Assembly: GCA_048013815.1 (NCBI GenBank)
Contig: CM106586.1
Coordinates: 18,042,001 to 18,106,000 of the forward strand
Source of the DNA: Setoptus koraiensis
Taxonomy: Eukaryota > Animalia > Arthropoda
Length of the DNA: 64,000 nucleotides
Reading direction: 5' to 3'
Shown piece after piece: positions 13,963 through 24,969 of this stretch; position 1 is the stretch's first letter; the number at the start of each line of letters is the position of its first letter. Both the position numbers and the translations under genes were made by a program. The notes beneath the pieces are model-generated. The model worked only from the letters and a program-made list of their open reading frames with translations, did not search any database and had not been told where the DNA came from.

Positions 13963-15009
13963 CTGGTGGTCGGGCGTTGAGGCGGCGCTGGAGCCGTCGT
14001 GGTGGCCCATGTGGTGATGGGACTGATGATGGTGATGACCGCCGTGATGATGGTGCCCGAGCGCGCCGCTACCCGACGCGGCGCCGGTTCCGGTGGGGCC
14101 GGTGGCGGAACCGTTGCTGCTAGAATTATTGCTGCTACTTGTTTCTTGTTTGAAGGACGACGAGGGCGTTGAGTTGCCGTTTGTGCCGCCGTGATGAATG
14201 GGATTCAATTGATGATTATTTGTTGTTGTTGCGGTTGTTGTTGTTGACGACGACGAGGGCGACGATGACGATGTTAACATTGGTGGAATATGCTGATGAT
14301 GGTGTCCTTGTTGTTGTTGCTGATGATAAGCTGCGTGCTGTTGTTGTTCTTGTTTGCTGGCCGACGACGACGACGACGAGTTGTTGTTGTTGTTGTTGTG
14401 CTGCTGATGATGACCACTGGCCGACGATTGCTGCTGCTGATGTGAGTGAGCTTGCTGATGGTCAGCATCGTCGTTGTTGTCATTATTAAGATCATCACTG
14501 GGCCGAGCGGAATTAGTGTCCCGTTCGTCTATAACTAAATCAATGGGCATTTTGCCCTTGAGACAATTGATGTAACGCTGACAAAAATTGTCGCACAATT
14601 GATGAACCTTCTCCAATTCTAATAAATGGAAGCGCAACATTTGTATGGCTTGCACCATGAACGAATCCAATTCTGGCGATGTTGTTGTGTAATTCTGATA
14701 CTGGATTGATTGAGGATTTTCGCGTAGCGAACGCGCAAACGATTTTATGTCGTCCGTGAACGACTCACTAGAGAACACGACGCCCGTGTCGCTAATGTCT
14801 CTTGGCGAGCTGGTGGCCAGTTCGCACTTTTGAAATATAGACGACAACAGATTGTATAGGGGGTGCTGCCTGATTTGTTCGTAATGGTGACTGTTAAGCT
14901 GGTTGGCCACGGCCGAGGCGGCCGCGGACGCGTTGTTGGCCGCCTGGGCGTACATGGACGCGGCGGGGTCCATCGAGGTGGTGGCGCCGTAGTGGTGCGC
15001 TTCGTACAT
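13963..15009 (-). CDS. hth: homothorax/Meis, first coding exon (349 codons) containing the whole HM (Meis/MEINOX) domain
   Basis: Contains [78 protein letters not shown] and ASTPD, matching Hth/Meis. Ends at CAG|GTGAGT (donor 13962, phase 0). The last 45 aa of the track ORF 13825..15009 are intron read-through. Confidence 0.95.
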
Positions 15010-15988
15010 GCTGCTGCCTACTCTGTCTGGCTGGCCTCTGACGATTTTCCGCGATTTCTGACGATTTTCGTCTGTCTGTGCGCGACGATTTCGGCGTTGT
15101 TGGTCTATCTGTGCGCGACGATTTTCGGCGCTTTTCGTCTATTCGTACGCGATGGTTTTCAGCTAATTCGGCGATTTTCGGCCAATTCGGCGACTCTCGG
15201 CGCTTTGTGCGCGACTATTTTTGCAAATTTTTGACGATTTTCGGCGGTCTTCGCGCGACGATTTCGGGCGATTTCAGGCGATTTTCGGCGATTTTTCACG
15301 ATCACTTGGCGATTTCTGCACGATCACTCTGTGCGATGGCGCGCCGATTTGCACACGATCTCTTGCTACAGCACGGAATTCGGCGACGATTTCACGATGC
15401 TCGCCGCTGACAATTTGACAATTTCGCGCGACTTTCGCACGCTCTCTGCACAATTCTTCGCACAATTCTGGGCGCAATTCTGGGCGCAATTCACTTGCTG
15501 CTTCGCTTGTGTCAGCACGCGCCGCTTCCGGTCTCGCCGAGCTACAAATGACACTGTGATGTATGAGTTATGGCGTAAATGAGCTGGATAAGGTGAACAG
15601 AGGGCGCTGACAAACAAACGGCTACTAGTGTGCTGATGATACAACTGCGATGATGTGACTGCGTCTATTTGATCAATTTGAATCAATATTTTGCTTGCCT
15701 CTCAGCCCCCTCATTTTGACTGGCTGCCAGCGCGAGTGCGCACGCGCGCAACGAGCCCCGCGCATGCGCCCGGCCCGCCGGCCCAGGGCGTCGAAACTGC
15801 CGGGCGACATCTGGCGACGCGCAAACGCACCGCCCGCATTATATATGTTGGCGCCCTCTATTATAGCGCCAATCTCAAAATGACGCCAGCGCCGCCGAGT
15901 CACATTACGCATGCCACAGTAAGCACTACGTAATGCGTAATGTGTAGCCAATGAGACACGGCGCCCTCTGGTGGGCGGCGCGGCCACT

Positions 15989-16099
15989 GCCGCACTCGGC
16001 CGAGCCCGACGGCCGCACTCGGCCGAGCCCGACGGCCGCACTCAGCAGACCCGACGGCCGCACTCAGCGGACCCGACGGCCGCACTCGGCAGACCCGAC
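15989..16099. repeat. GC-rich 22-23-bp minisatellite, about 5 copies, upstream of hth
   Basis: Units of the type GGCCGCACTCGGCCGAGCCCGAC / GGCCGCACTCAGCAGACCCGAC. Confidence 0.9.
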
Positions 16100-16715
16100 A
16101 GGCTGGGCCGGTTGGCGGCCGGTCGGCGGCCGGTTTGAGTCGGCCGTGAGCCGCCGTGACAAGTCTGGGCGGTGCCACGGCGCCATTGTGGCCGGCAGCG
16201 CTGGCCCAGCAAATGTTGTCAGTCGAGTTCGGCGGGCGCGCATTGTCTGGACAAGTTTGAGACAAACTTGTCCGGCAAGCCCGGCCCGCTGCGCTCGGGC
16301 GGCCGCGGCTCACCTGTGCGACCTGTCAGACAACTATGAGAGTGATGGACACTTTCGCGCCGCCACAGCTAGCCACACATACAACCTGTATGACGCAAGC
16401 GCAACGCCACCAGCCGACAGTAGACAGCGGACAGGTGCAGTTCGCTGGCAAGCGAGTCGGCGAGCCGGCCAACAGTGCGACAGCGCAACAGTGTAACAGC
16501 GCAACTGTGCAACAGCGCAACAGCGCGACAGAACAGGTTGGCTCTCGCGAGAGAGAATTCGGTATAAAAAGTATTGTTTTGCGTGAGCAAAGGCAACAAA
16601 CTGGCCCGCCAACTGGAAACAAAGGATGAATTATGGGGCTCAACGGGATACGCGCCAGTGAATAACGGATTGGTATTGCGTAACACAAGGATTGAGCGTT
16701 TGTGATTACGTGTCC

Positions 16716-16775
16716 GCCACATAACACGGCGCCACATAACACGGCGCCACATAACACGGCGCCACATAACACGGC
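16716..16775. repeat. 15-bp tandem repeat GCCACATAACACGGC x4
   Basis: Four exact copies. Confidence 0.95.
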
Positions 16776-17401
16776 GCAACAGGGCATGGCGCATGCGGCA
16801 AGCCACGTAGGCACTTGTTGCGTGGGTTGCGCTTGTTGTTGTTGTTTGCTGGCTGTTGGCTGTCGCTTGTTGTGGCCAGACTTGTTTTATCGCTGCCCTC
16901 GCTCACCTGTGCCGACGGTCACCTTGTGCGACCACCGACCGACACTGCCCGAGCGGCCGGCTGACGTGGCCCGAGCGGCCGGCTGACGCTGTCAGAGCGA
17001 CCGATCGGCGCCGTCAGAGCGACCGCCTCTGTGGACGGAGCGGCCGCCCGACACACACCAAGCTCGCTGTTCGGGACAAATGGTAGCCGGGATAAATGAG
17101 CGTCACAAATGAATCAGCAAGTCGCTGTGTGTGTGTGTGTGTGTGTGTGTGTCTAATCACACACAATCAACAATTAGCCAACAGTAACACAAGTAATTAA
17201 TTATCTGCCCAAGTATCGATAATTTCATCAAGTTGTTTTGTCAAGTTTGTTGTTGTTTTTGTGCCGGCATCAGTTGATTTAGCACAATTTTATCAATTAA
17301 TTTGCTAATTGATTCATTATCAAATTGGGCGATTTGTTGGCGATTATTAAACTTGGCCAACTTGCGCCGGTCAACACAATCTAATTATCGATAATTACTA
17401 C

Positions 17402-17447
17402 AAGTCGCTCGTCACTAATAATAATCATTATTAGTGACGAGCGACTT
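17402..17447. other. perfect hairpin, 21-bp stem and 4-nt loop
   Basis: AAGTCGCTCGTCACTAATAAT-aatc-ATTATTAGTGACGAGCGACTT. Confidence 0.9.
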
Positions 17448-19413
17448 TGTGTCGCCTTGTTGTGCCCTGCTCTCCCTCTCTCTCTCTCTCTCTGTCGTGT
17501 TGCACGTTTGTTACACTACTCATGCCTGATACAATTAAAGAGACAATTACAGAGATAGATATAATAATAACAAATCATCGCTAGCACAAACACTCACTTG
17601 AGCAGACAGTGATGATAAGTCGGTGATAATCATTGCCGACAAAACATTTGTCGATGTCTGTCTTGGCGAGCTCGTCTGGCATCCTCCATTGATGGCATCT
17701 CTGGCGGCTCAGCTCGACTCGGCTCGCTTAGGCTGTTATTGAATCATCATCACCATCATAATATATCATCAATTCCTGGAATCTAACCGTATTATGTACC
17801 GTGTGCAAATCTGCCGATGCCTTCAGCCGCAGTTCAGGGAAAAACCGCTCGAGGTCGCTTTTTGTACACGCATTTTTCGTGCGTGACATGCAATGAGCAA
17901 TAGAAAAACAAATCAACAAGAAAAAAAGAAGAAAAAACGTAATATTTATCGAGACACCTCAAGGTTTTCAGTGCATTTTCAGGCTGACGCCAGCACCCCT
18001 CGTGTCTTTTCCTTGAACTACAGCCGAACTACTCTATTTGCTATTATTCTAAATATATAATAATAGCAAATAGAGATAATATGACACATAGTTACAATTT
18101 GTATATTGTTATTATTATCAGCCAGCAGTGTGTGATATATGGTTAGAGAGAGAGAGCGCGACCTGGTGATGATTGCTCGTTGTTTCGATAATCTCGAACT
18201 CCACTTAGACTCAAATGAGAGCAATTTCGGGTGCATTTAATCAAGTATTTGTTTGCTTGCATTGTGTGCCGAGAGGTTGCCTCGCGTTGATGATCAAATC
18301 GCGTTTATTCAATTATTCCATTGTGTTTATCAGAGTGCCACTTACTAGTTTCAGTAAATGGTGCTCCGCATTCAGTGAGCTGTGTATTTATATGATTAAT
18401 ATGATTGTATCAATAAATTTTGCCGGTTTTGACAAAATCGGGCACCCTTTATGATTTGATAGAGTGTTGATAGTTATTAGACATTGACAAGAGTCGAGCT
18501 TGTTAGATCGAGTTGTAACGAGTATTGACTTTCAATTGATACGACAACAATTATAATCAATCGAGAGTCAAATCAGTCAAGAACATGTGCGCCAAAAATG
18601 TTTCCACCGGCAACCTATATCATCGAGTGTGTAACTTTTTAGCGAGCTGCCAACTAATTGGTAACTAATTATTAAGTGTTCAACCTTGCACGCCATTTAT
18701 TCGTATGTTGCCTTCATCGCGATATTTGTCAGCGTCAACAATAGCCGCCAAGATCGCAAGCCAGATATCATACAAATAAATTATGGAGACTGGCCAAACC
18801 AAATGATATCTCATGTCGATTAGGCTCTCATTTCAAACGCGACTTCAGCGTGCTTCTGGCTGGCTTTTCATATCGGCCTCGATCACCTTGACTACTGTTG
18901 TGGCGCCGAGTCGGGCCTCCTTCTTTTCGCTCAACGTTCCATGATCTAATTATATGTGTGCATGACATAACTGCATGCCGGTTGCTAGCAACAGTTAAAC
19001 GGATAAATGCCGCTTGTTACAAGCGAATGTTTCAATTGCCGTTGTCTACCAAATATCTGCCACCAAATATCCTTTTGACCGTGACCATGCAACGTAACCG
19101 GCCGGCCGGCCAGCCAAATGCCGATATTGTGTCATGTTTATTGCCACTTTGCGCTGCTTTACGACTGCCAAACGGCACGAATAACATAACAATAAATAAG
19201 GTAACGTAATAATATATTTATTTGCATACTTGTTTCAATCATCGGACGGTGCCAGATTTGTGACGCGTAGTCTCGTTGGCGCATTCGGCCACAAACAATT
19301 GTTACCATTGTCATAACCGGTTCAATACCATAACCGCTTATGTCATAAAATCTATTTCAAGGATGTTCGAGCCAACGCTCTGCTGGCTGCTCAATTGCTC
19401 AGCCCTAATAATA

Positions 19414-19479
19414 ACTGAACTAATATTGACTGAACTAATAATGACTGAACTAATAATGACTGAACTAATAATGACTGAA
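19414..19479. repeat. 15-bp tandem repeat ACTGAACTAATAATG, about 4.4 copies
   Basis: Directly visible. Confidence 0.9.
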
Positions 19480-19701
19480 AGCTGCTGGCGGAATTATTAG
19501 GAATTAGCAGTTATTATTATGTATCATATTATGCAACAAACATGAGTGGCGCACTAATTAGTTGTGGCGCAACAATTGCTATTTTTGGACATTGGCGGCT
19601 CGAATAGCCCGACCGATCAAGCCCCGTTGCATATATTTGGTTTGATGCCAGTCGTAACCCAAATATATCCAGCCAACAGTCGCAGACAACAGCACCGTCG
19701 A

Positions 19702-19708
19702 TATAAAA
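19702..19708 (+). promoter_or_regulatory. candidate TATA box of the Gly-rich peptide gene
   Basis: TATAAAA with an Inr-like TCAG about 28 nt downstream, about 260 nt before the ATG. Confidence 0.4.
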
Positions 19709-19961
19709 ACTGTCGCAAAGCCATTGGTCAGCGACATTAGTCGATTAGCTGTCAGTTCGCAAGCAACAACTAGATATCGATTGTTCTTTTCTCACCAATA
19801 GCCACAACCAAGTCAAACAGTCGAAAACAAGACAGTCGAAAACAAGATAATCGAAAACTCGGCAGCAAATCGAAAATTGAGCCTCATCAAGAGCCCAACG
19901 ACATCAACCAACACAACTCAGAGAAAATTAATTGTGCAATCAGGCAAACAAGTGTATCATC

Positions 19962-20709
19962 ATGCAGCCACTGGTGAGTAGATCGTTCATTTACACCAAA
20001 AGTGTCTATCCATGGGCCACCCTTCTTCTGGCCACTCAAATCCATGACGTACGATCTTGATTGTTCACTGACAAACTAAATCCAAACGTCAACAACATGA
20101 ATCACATCTAAATTGTCCATCTATCTGCTCAACAACAACAACAACAACAACAATTGTCACAATCATCGTCATTATCCTTATCAATAGTGTTTCAAAGTGA
20201 GCCTGTGTTTGGTGGCTCTGTTAGTCAGCGTATGCATCTTATTCAAGGCCACCTCAAATGTTGAGGCCACATTTGCAATAAATATCTGGAAGCACAGATA
20301 TCCATTCTTCGGAGGCTATCATGGTTACGGATACCCCATTTATGGCAAGTATACCTACCGGACTAACTCAACTCAAATCAATCTAGATCAACAGCAATCA
20401 ACACGCAGTTCTAACACATATTTGTCACTTGTTTTTGTTTGTGTCTAGGTGGATATGGCGGATATGGTTACGGTGGCATAGGCATTGGAGGCATAGGAGG
20501 GTGAGTAGTAATCTGGGTAGTATTTTGAGTTGTTTCCGCTCACAATTTGGTTGTTAGCCGAAGCAAACAACCAAATCTGACTCATCGCTCAATTGTGCAA
20601 ATACAAGCCCTTTATCACTGCCTTTATCCATAATTCAATATTTGGAACAAAACACATTAACTCTCATCACTTGTTGTTACTATCTAGGTATGGCTATGGT
20701 AAACGATAA
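19962..20709 (+). CDS. secreted Gly/Tyr-rich peptide precursor (80 aa, 4 exons) with C-terminal GKR amidation signal
   Basis: Exons 19962-19973, 20188-20344, 20449-20500 and 20688-20709 total 243 nt, all phases compatible. Protein MQPLCFKVSLCLVALLVSVCILFKATSNVEATFAINIWKHRYPFFGGYHGYGYPIYGGYGGYGYGGIGIGGIGGYGYGKR*. Intron 2 is GC-AG. Confidence 0.8.
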
Positions 20710-21102
20710 GTCAATAATCAGTCATTGGATTTACCGAGGGCGACACATTGAGTCTGGCACTTGATAGGGAACTTGGCATTTTACTATTATTTTATTATTA
20801 TTATTATTGGATAGCATCTTACGATATGATTAATATACAATTGTGTGTATTGTCATTAACTATGTTGCCAGTGCAACCATGTAACAAGCGACCAACTAGC
20901 GACCAACTGATAATCAGCAGGAAACCTGACAAGTACCAAGTGCCAAGATATACCTTTACCTCTACCTACATGATCGTATCTGAAATATTAATTAATCAAT
21001 TAATGTCATGACTGAAATTAATTTTTCATATAGTTATTACTATCACTCGTTCGCTGTTAACCATTGGCACATAAGCGAGCTTAAATTATTTTATTATTAT
21101 AT

Positions 21103-21105
<3 letters not shown>

Positions 21106-21155
<50 letters not shown>
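21106..21155. repeat. (AT)n microsatellite
   Basis: About 25 units, directly visible. Confidence 0.95.
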
Positions 21156-21167
<12 letters not shown>

Positions 21168-21933
21168 GTTTCATCTTGAAATGAAAATGATTAAATCAGG
21201 AAAATCTGACAAAATATCACAAAGACGAAAAGACAAAACTATGGCCAATTAATGATCGTTATCTACTAAGTTATTGTCAACAACACAATTGACACACTGC
21301 ATGGGTTAAAGAGGTTATACAAGAGAGTCAATTAATAATGATATCATATATTATATCATCATTAGTAGCAGTATCATCATAAAGCTTAGTTGCGAAATAT
21401 TATGGTATGTATACAACTCATTGGTACATGTGCCTCTCTACAAGATGTGTAGATAGATGATGGCTATGAGAGATGAGAATCGTATCATGAGACATCTATT
21501 GTATCATTGTTGTTTACATAGAAAGTGAAAAAGAAAAACAATAAGACACCGTACTATTCTTATTATATTATCCATCAATATATAGATTGAGCGTGAATCT
21601 CGTTCAATTTTCATTAACTTGACGCATACATCATAGTGCCCTTTTTTGTTCTTCTTCTTCTACTTTATTGCCCTGTTTCTTGGCACGTTCCAATTAATCT
21701 TGATCGGAGGATTCCATGAAATAGTCGGAAAGTCAGCCAAAAGTCTTTTGTGAATTATTTGGAACTTGAAAAATCATTCGAGGCGGATGTTGTTGTTGTA
21801 AATTGTTTTGGTGAAAGCTTCCGAGATCGTGTTCAATCAGGCGCTATGATTCATAATTATCTAGAATTGTTCCTGGTTCGGAGACATTATGTACATTATC
21901 AAACAGGCCCAGCTAACAACAGACGGGGCAGCT

Positions 21934-22677
21934 TCACGGCAATTCTGCCAGGTCTGCCTGTTCCGACGGCGACGGGGAGCCCTCTCCTGGCGGATCCTCT
22001 GTCGTTTTAGCTTTCTTGTTTTTCTTTATATCGTCCATCATTTGCTCAATGGATCGCTGATCGCGCTTGTTGGCTACAGGCACAAAACCGTACTGCTTGG
22101 CCGGCACGGCAACCCTGGCACCCTCCACGCCGGCCTCATTGCCGATGATCTTGTCATATTTAGCTCGAAATTTGTCCTCGATACCGTCGTCCTTTGCAGA
22201 GGACCTGCTGCTAGTGGTGGCCAACTCGTAGTCCTGCTCTAATTGCTTGAACTTTTCCGGATCATATTTTACATTGTATTTCATGCATTTCAGCTCATCC
22301 TCGCACGGCTCGTAATTCTTTTTCCATATAACACAATGCCTGTCTATTTCTTCAATGCCAAACGAATGTGCAACAATCTCATCTTCGTAATCTTCGCAGA
22401 TTTCGTGAACGACGGTGCGCGACAATTGACACATGGGCTCCAGCTCCAGTTTGATTGTTTCAATTTCGTCGGTGACGGGCGTGCGAACAAATTTTTCAAT
22501 TTTGGCTCTAGTGTCCTTGCGAAACAATTCCATCTGTTCTCTCTGTTTTTTCATCTTTTCGTGGCGTTCCTTTCGCGCCTTCTCCAGCTCGGCTCGCTTC
22601 TTCTCGTCCTTGATAACTGTCTTCTTCACCGAGGGCGGCTTGTCCATCCCGTTCAATATAGAATCCAGCAAATCCAT
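21934..22677 (-). CDS. SPAG7: sperm-associated antigen 7 homolog (R3H-like domain), single-exon CDS, 247 aa
   Basis: MDLLDSILNGMDKPPS N-terminus, HSFG..E..RH.VIWKK, KY.KIIG and YGFVPVANKRDQRSIE match SPAG7 motifs. Confidence 0.92.
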   Translation of the reverse strand: MDLLDSILNGMDKPPSVKKTVIKDEKKRAELEKARKERHEKMKKQREQMELFRKDTRAKIEKFVRTPVTDEIETIKLELEPMCQLSRTVVHEICEDYEDEIVAHSFGIEEIDRHCVIWKKNYEPCEDELKCMKYNVKYDPEKFKQLEQDYELATTSSRSSAKDDGIEDKFRAKYDKIIGNEAGVEGARVAVPAKQYGFVPVANKRDQRSIEQMMDDIKKNKKAKTTEDPPGEGSPSPSEQADLAELP

Positions 22678-23377
22678 GGCTCTTTCACTGGGTAAGTCTT
22701 TTCGATCGAGGCCAATGAGACTGTTGTGTAATTATGACACTGTTACGCGATATATTATTTAGAAAATCATTCATAAATCTCATTACATTAGCCGCTAATG
22801 ATTGGCGTACGAAATGGGAAACGCGGCATTTCTGTTGCAGCTGATTGCGGTTAACACGACGCACATGTGTTTTTTGTTTACCACAAAATGACGACCGTCG
22901 CATTGCCTGCTGTGCCCAGGTGAAAATAAAGTGTGCGTATAAACACACGCCAGGGCTCGCTTCTCGGCGCATTATTTGTGCAAACTCGTTTCGGTTGCAT
23001 TTTGCCTCATGACATGATGCTCCGGTATATATCCGACAGTGTCGTAAAGAGAAAGAAATCAGATAAGATTGAGTCGTTGAAAAATTTCCGAGAAACGATT
23101 GAAAGAAGCCTCGCAATCGATTGAATATGCAGACAAAAAGACTGTGCTTTAACTATGCGTGTAGCATAGTGTCCCTAAAATTGGGGCTTCATGCCCAATT
23201 CAATAGGGTCACATGCGATAGCTTATCATAGCTTTTGATAGCTTATGAGTTTTTCTTTTCAAACAAAATGCTTATGTATTAAATGGGAATGTCACACACA
23301 CACGCACACACATACACACAAATATCTATTCTTTATACCATATAAGAGCCAGCTTGTATTGATTAAAGTAAGCCTAT

Positions 23378-24430
23378 TTAAGAATCGCTTGAATTTAGGG
23401 CTAAGAGAGCACTTATGGCAAGATTTTTGTCTCCATTGTTGTTCTCAAGAATGGCTTTTATGACTGCCTTGTCTATATTGGGAAACATTTCCGCCAATTG
23501 AGTTACATCCTCGGCGCTGATCGGTTGCTGTTGGGCAAGCGTAGAATTAGGCGAGGGTTGCTGCTGTTGCTGATTTTCTGGATTGTTGGTTATCACTTGC
23601 TGCTGTAAATCAGGACAGGCTTGAATGTAAATTGGCACTTGTGACCCCGAAGAGTTTGTTAAAATAGGTCCATTGTTGGCAACATTGGGAACATACATCA
23701 TTTGGGTCTGCATGCCTCTCAATTGATTGGTGGCCTGCTTATGGGTCACTTTCTTGTGGCTCATCACTAATAAAATAGAGCCCTCTTTGCCCTCGCCCAA
23801 TCTGCCCGAAAGTGGGTACCATCTCTCCACTATAACGCCCTCGAACACTTGCTTTGGTATTGGTGCATGTAACCAGGCGATTTTTTCGTCCGTAGAGAAT
23901 TGTTTTTCATCGTATATTTCCAAATGAAACGAATCTATGCCGGGCTGCAAATGAAAATGAAAAACTCCGTCCCAGCGTGGATTTTTAGCGCCATTTGGGC
24001 AAGTTTGGGTCTCGCAAACACTATGGCCAACTCTTATTTTGCAATAACAGTCCATTCTAAGGAAGCCGTAATTTTTGAATAGATTTGCCTCCACAATAGT
24101 CAAATCCAACATACTGACTTGTCCCGAATGACTAGAGGACGAGCCCATAATGGGGCCAGCTGTTCTTAGTCCAGTTGCTGTTGTACTAGCGACGGCATGC
24201 TGATTAAATGATGAATTGAACGAAGGATCAGAGTGATTGGATGACGATTCTTGGCTAGGCCTCCTGGGCAGCAACAGAAAGTCCGGCGGTAAATTCCTCA
24301 GTTGCTGAACTAAGGTCTTCAGGGATTCCTTATTAACGGTGTTACCACTGGCCCCTGCACCGTGGCCCTGATCCGACGAGGTCGACTGTAAGACGGCCTC
24401 CAGTTGTTTTGGCGTTGTTGTCGACGACAT
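23378..24430 (-). CDS. Tollip: Toll-interacting protein (C2 + CUE domains), single-exon CDS, 350 aa
   Basis: LPPDFL, KNYGFLRMDCYCKIRVG, GAKNPRW, DEKIAW, RWYPLSGRLGEGKEG and the C-terminal CUE (LAEMFPNIDKAVIKAILENNNGDKNLAISALL) match Tollip. Confidence 0.93.
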   Translation of the reverse strand: MSSTTTPKQLEAVLQSTSSDQGHGAGASGNTVNKESLKTLVQQLRNLPPDFLLLPRRPSQESSSNHSDPSFNSSFNQHAVASTTATGLRTAGPIMGSSSSHSGQVSMLDLTIVEANLFKNYGFLRMDCYCKIRVGHSVCETQTCPNGAKNPRWDGVFHFHLQPGIDSFHLEIYDEKQFSTDEKIAWLHAPIPKQVFEGVIVERWYPLSGRLGEGKEGSILLVMSHKKVTHKQATNQLRGMQTQMMYVPNVANNGPILTNSSGSQVPIYIQACPDLQQQVITNNPENQQQQQPSPNSTLAQQQPISAEDVTQLAEMFPNIDKAVIKAILENNNGDKNLAISALLALNSSDS

Positions 24431-24969
24431 GCCTACAGATTTGTCCTATCGAAAATGTGTGATCAAACTTGAAATATGTGTCCTTATAATTAGATTTTTG
24501 CACCTCTGAGCGGGCCTGGCCTCATTTCATGTCGCTATCTTCCGATTCCTGTAGACAGTTTATTGTCATGCTGCAACATATGCATACACTCGGCCGCTTT
24601 CGACGATGGTATAAACAACGATTTCGCAGTCAATGCAAATATTTATCAGATGACAGCGATTACAACAAAAACAATGAAAGATCGCCCTGCTGAACAACTG
24701 CAACAAAGCCTAACAATGGCCGCCAAATTTAAAAATCCAAAAAACACTTTCCGAGAATGAAGTTTAGCCGCTTACTTTAGCGTTTGTGATGGCTGCGCCC
24801 TGTTGGCCCCCTGAAGTGAGGCCATGTCACCAAAGACGAGACTCCATACACCAGAGATAGTTTGCGATGACGCTTCGCCTGACGAAAATAGTGGATGGGT
24901 ATATTTGTTCAACGCAAGCAACAGCAAAAATATGTCTCGCAAACTCACGCTAGTGCTAATTTGCTAGTT

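Noticed and set aside
22685-23116. 143-aa minus-strand ORF between SPAG7 and Tollip
   Set aside because: No recognisable motif; it more likely overlaps UTR and promoter sequence of the flanking genes.
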